A stretch of DNA of 62,990 nt, filler included, from Circinaria calcarea (taxonomy: Eukaryota): NCBI GenBank assembly GCA_051942165.1. It is 9 parts of 9 records of this genome, joined end to end, with 100 filler letters (N's around TTAATTAATTAA, not from the genome) between each part and the next. Parts side by side here need not be neighbours in the genome. Positions count along the whole stretch, not along the records: positions 56,094 to 62,990 come from JAVECS010001463.1; 8 more parts are not named here. The stretch is one strand, 5' to 3'. Position numbers and translations under genes: made by a program. Positions 61,310 through 62,990 of the stretch are shown here, piece after piece; position 1 is the first letter of the stretch; every line of letters starts with the position of its first letter. The notes under the pieces are model-generated. The model did no database searches, was not told the DNA's origin, and saw nothing but the letters and a program-made list of their open reading frames with translations.

Positions 61310-61630
61310 ACATGCTCCGCGCTATGGCAGCATTATACTATTGCAGCTTTATGCGCTATTCCATGCTCATTCTATGCTGCGAGCTATTCCGATTTTATGC
61401 TGCATGCCATTGCAGCTCTATGCTCCGTGCTTTATTATACTGTTGCAGCTCTATGCCGTTGTAGCTCCTGCATTATGCCATGCCAATACTATACTATCCT
61501 CCATGCTACTCTGCTATGTTTCATGCTTTATGCTATGCTACCCTCCATACCACGCTCCACGCCAAGCTCCACGGCACGCTCTATGCCGTGGTTTATGCTA
61601 TGCTTTGTGCTACGCTTCATGCAATACTCT
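61310..61630. repeat. Degenerate ~12-bp minisatellite (minus-strand consensus ~RTGGAGCGTGGC)
   Basis: Best-preserved units GTGGAGCTTGGC GTGGAGCGTGGT ATGGAGGGTAGC decay into ATAGCATAAAGC-type units. Confidence 0.7.
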
Positions 61631-62990
61631 ATATTCCACAATGGAGTGACCAGCAGCTTGGGGGTAGATGAGCCGTTAAGGCCCCTTTTACCCCTAAGTA
61701 ACGAAGCTCCTGTGAAGGAAATAGGGTGCTCCGCTATGTTCCTAAGGTATAGGCAAAGACGCTGGGTAGAATACGGCTTCAAGGTCCTGAATATGGAAGA
61801 ATCAGAGGGTATATGGCACGAACTGACTGCTACAGTATAAGGCGTATATAGGTCTCACGTAACTGCTGAATTCAATACCGCTTCAGTACGACTTAATTCC
61901 AACTGTCTGCCTCCGTGTATGTGTGTGGAGAAAAATCCCTATCTATACTTGTGCCAGTACTGCCATACCCCTCCCCGTCAGTCTCACCGCATTCTGTCTC
62001 CACCACACTCCATATTCATTTAAGCAACACGTGAAAGCGTATAATACACCAACATCCGGGTATTGTACCTATTCTGCTAACCTATACAATAAGCCGCTCC
62101 AGGGCCTTTGCCTGCTTTGCGCGCGTTTCCCAATTCCCCTACTTTGCCGTTTGTGCACTTCCGTCCCCACAGATTAGCCTAGCGAGCAAAAACCTCCAGG
62201 TAGCCTACAATCCAACCGCTTTGTCCCAAACCATTCGGCACGCCCAACAAAAACTTTATCCATCCCACCCCACGGGTGGGTGGCGGAGCTAGCAGCAGTA
62301 ATAAATAGCCTCACACTATGACCACTAAGCCCAGAACACGATACACCAAGTATCGAAAAGGCAAGGTCCAAGGAACAAGGGGAATTCCGGAGGCGGCCGG
62401 AGGCGGAGGGGGATAAAGAAGGAAACCCCCTTTTTTCCTTGACGACGAGGGGGGAAAGAGGAGATTTTTTGGCAGGATGGGAGAAATGTTGAGGGGCCCG
62501 TGGGCTGCGCGAATGAAGGGGGAAAAGTACAGCCTAACTAGCTTAGCTTTAGCCTGAGACAATGACGATTTTCGCGTGAGATGTAGGGGGGATGGATCAG
62601 ATCGGTGCTGGGTTTATTTAAATGGGGCGTTTTGGATTTTTTTTTTGGTTTTTCTCGAGAGCCATCAAGGGTAGGGTTAGGGCTAAGGCTAGAGCTAGGT
62701 GTGGGGGGTTTTTTTAAAATGTGGATAAGGGGGGCTAAGGGCCTAAAGGCTCGGGGGGTTAAATTAGGAAGAAAGAAGTGAGTCGTGTGGCAGCGTTGAA
62801 GAAAAAAAAAAGAGAAAAAAAAAGTCCCTTTACATATATATATATTAGGAAATGAAGCCTCACTATTCTTCTCCAGGGCCCATTTTTTCTACGAGTCGAA
62901 AAACCTTTAAAACCTTTTTTTTAAAAAAAAAGGTACCCCCCGCTGAGTGTATATAAAAAGAAAATCCATCCCTCATTTCAACCCATAGGA

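Noticed and set aside
62668..62699. Telomere-like GGGTAGGGTTAGGGCTAAGG
   Set aside because: Only one perfect TTAGGG, degenerate and not terminal.

Overview
This window is eukaryotic fungal DNA from a filamentous ascomycete (Pezizomycotina), probably a lichen-forming Lecanoromycete. It is not one locus. It consists of nine unrelated contigs of about 6.9 kb, sorted by decreasing length and joined by an artificial 100-bp spacer (44 N + TTAATTAATTAA + 44 N). Most contigs carry ordinary intron-containing housekeeping genes: a TLC-domain protein, GEN1, LOT5, ATP17, RAB6/YPT6, PAN2, PCK1, SGF29, PMI40, MBP1, SOS7, a METTL25-like methyltransferase, TLG1 and glucosidase II alpha. Several of these are cut by contig ends. 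Accessory content comprises an iron-type lipoxygenase, an ABCG transporter N-terminus, a P450 C-terminus, a cluster of pseudogenes (aldo-keto reductase, F-box, kinase-like), a stranded homocysteine S-methyltransferase fragment, several orphan or uncharacterised ORFs and decayed repeats. I see no multi-gene novel system that the sequence can support. The most unusual signals are a C-to-G compositional switch that resets within exons, a GC island in RAB6, two long introns with hairpin potential, and uncharacterised protein families. All family calls come from motif recognition by eye; no database search was run.
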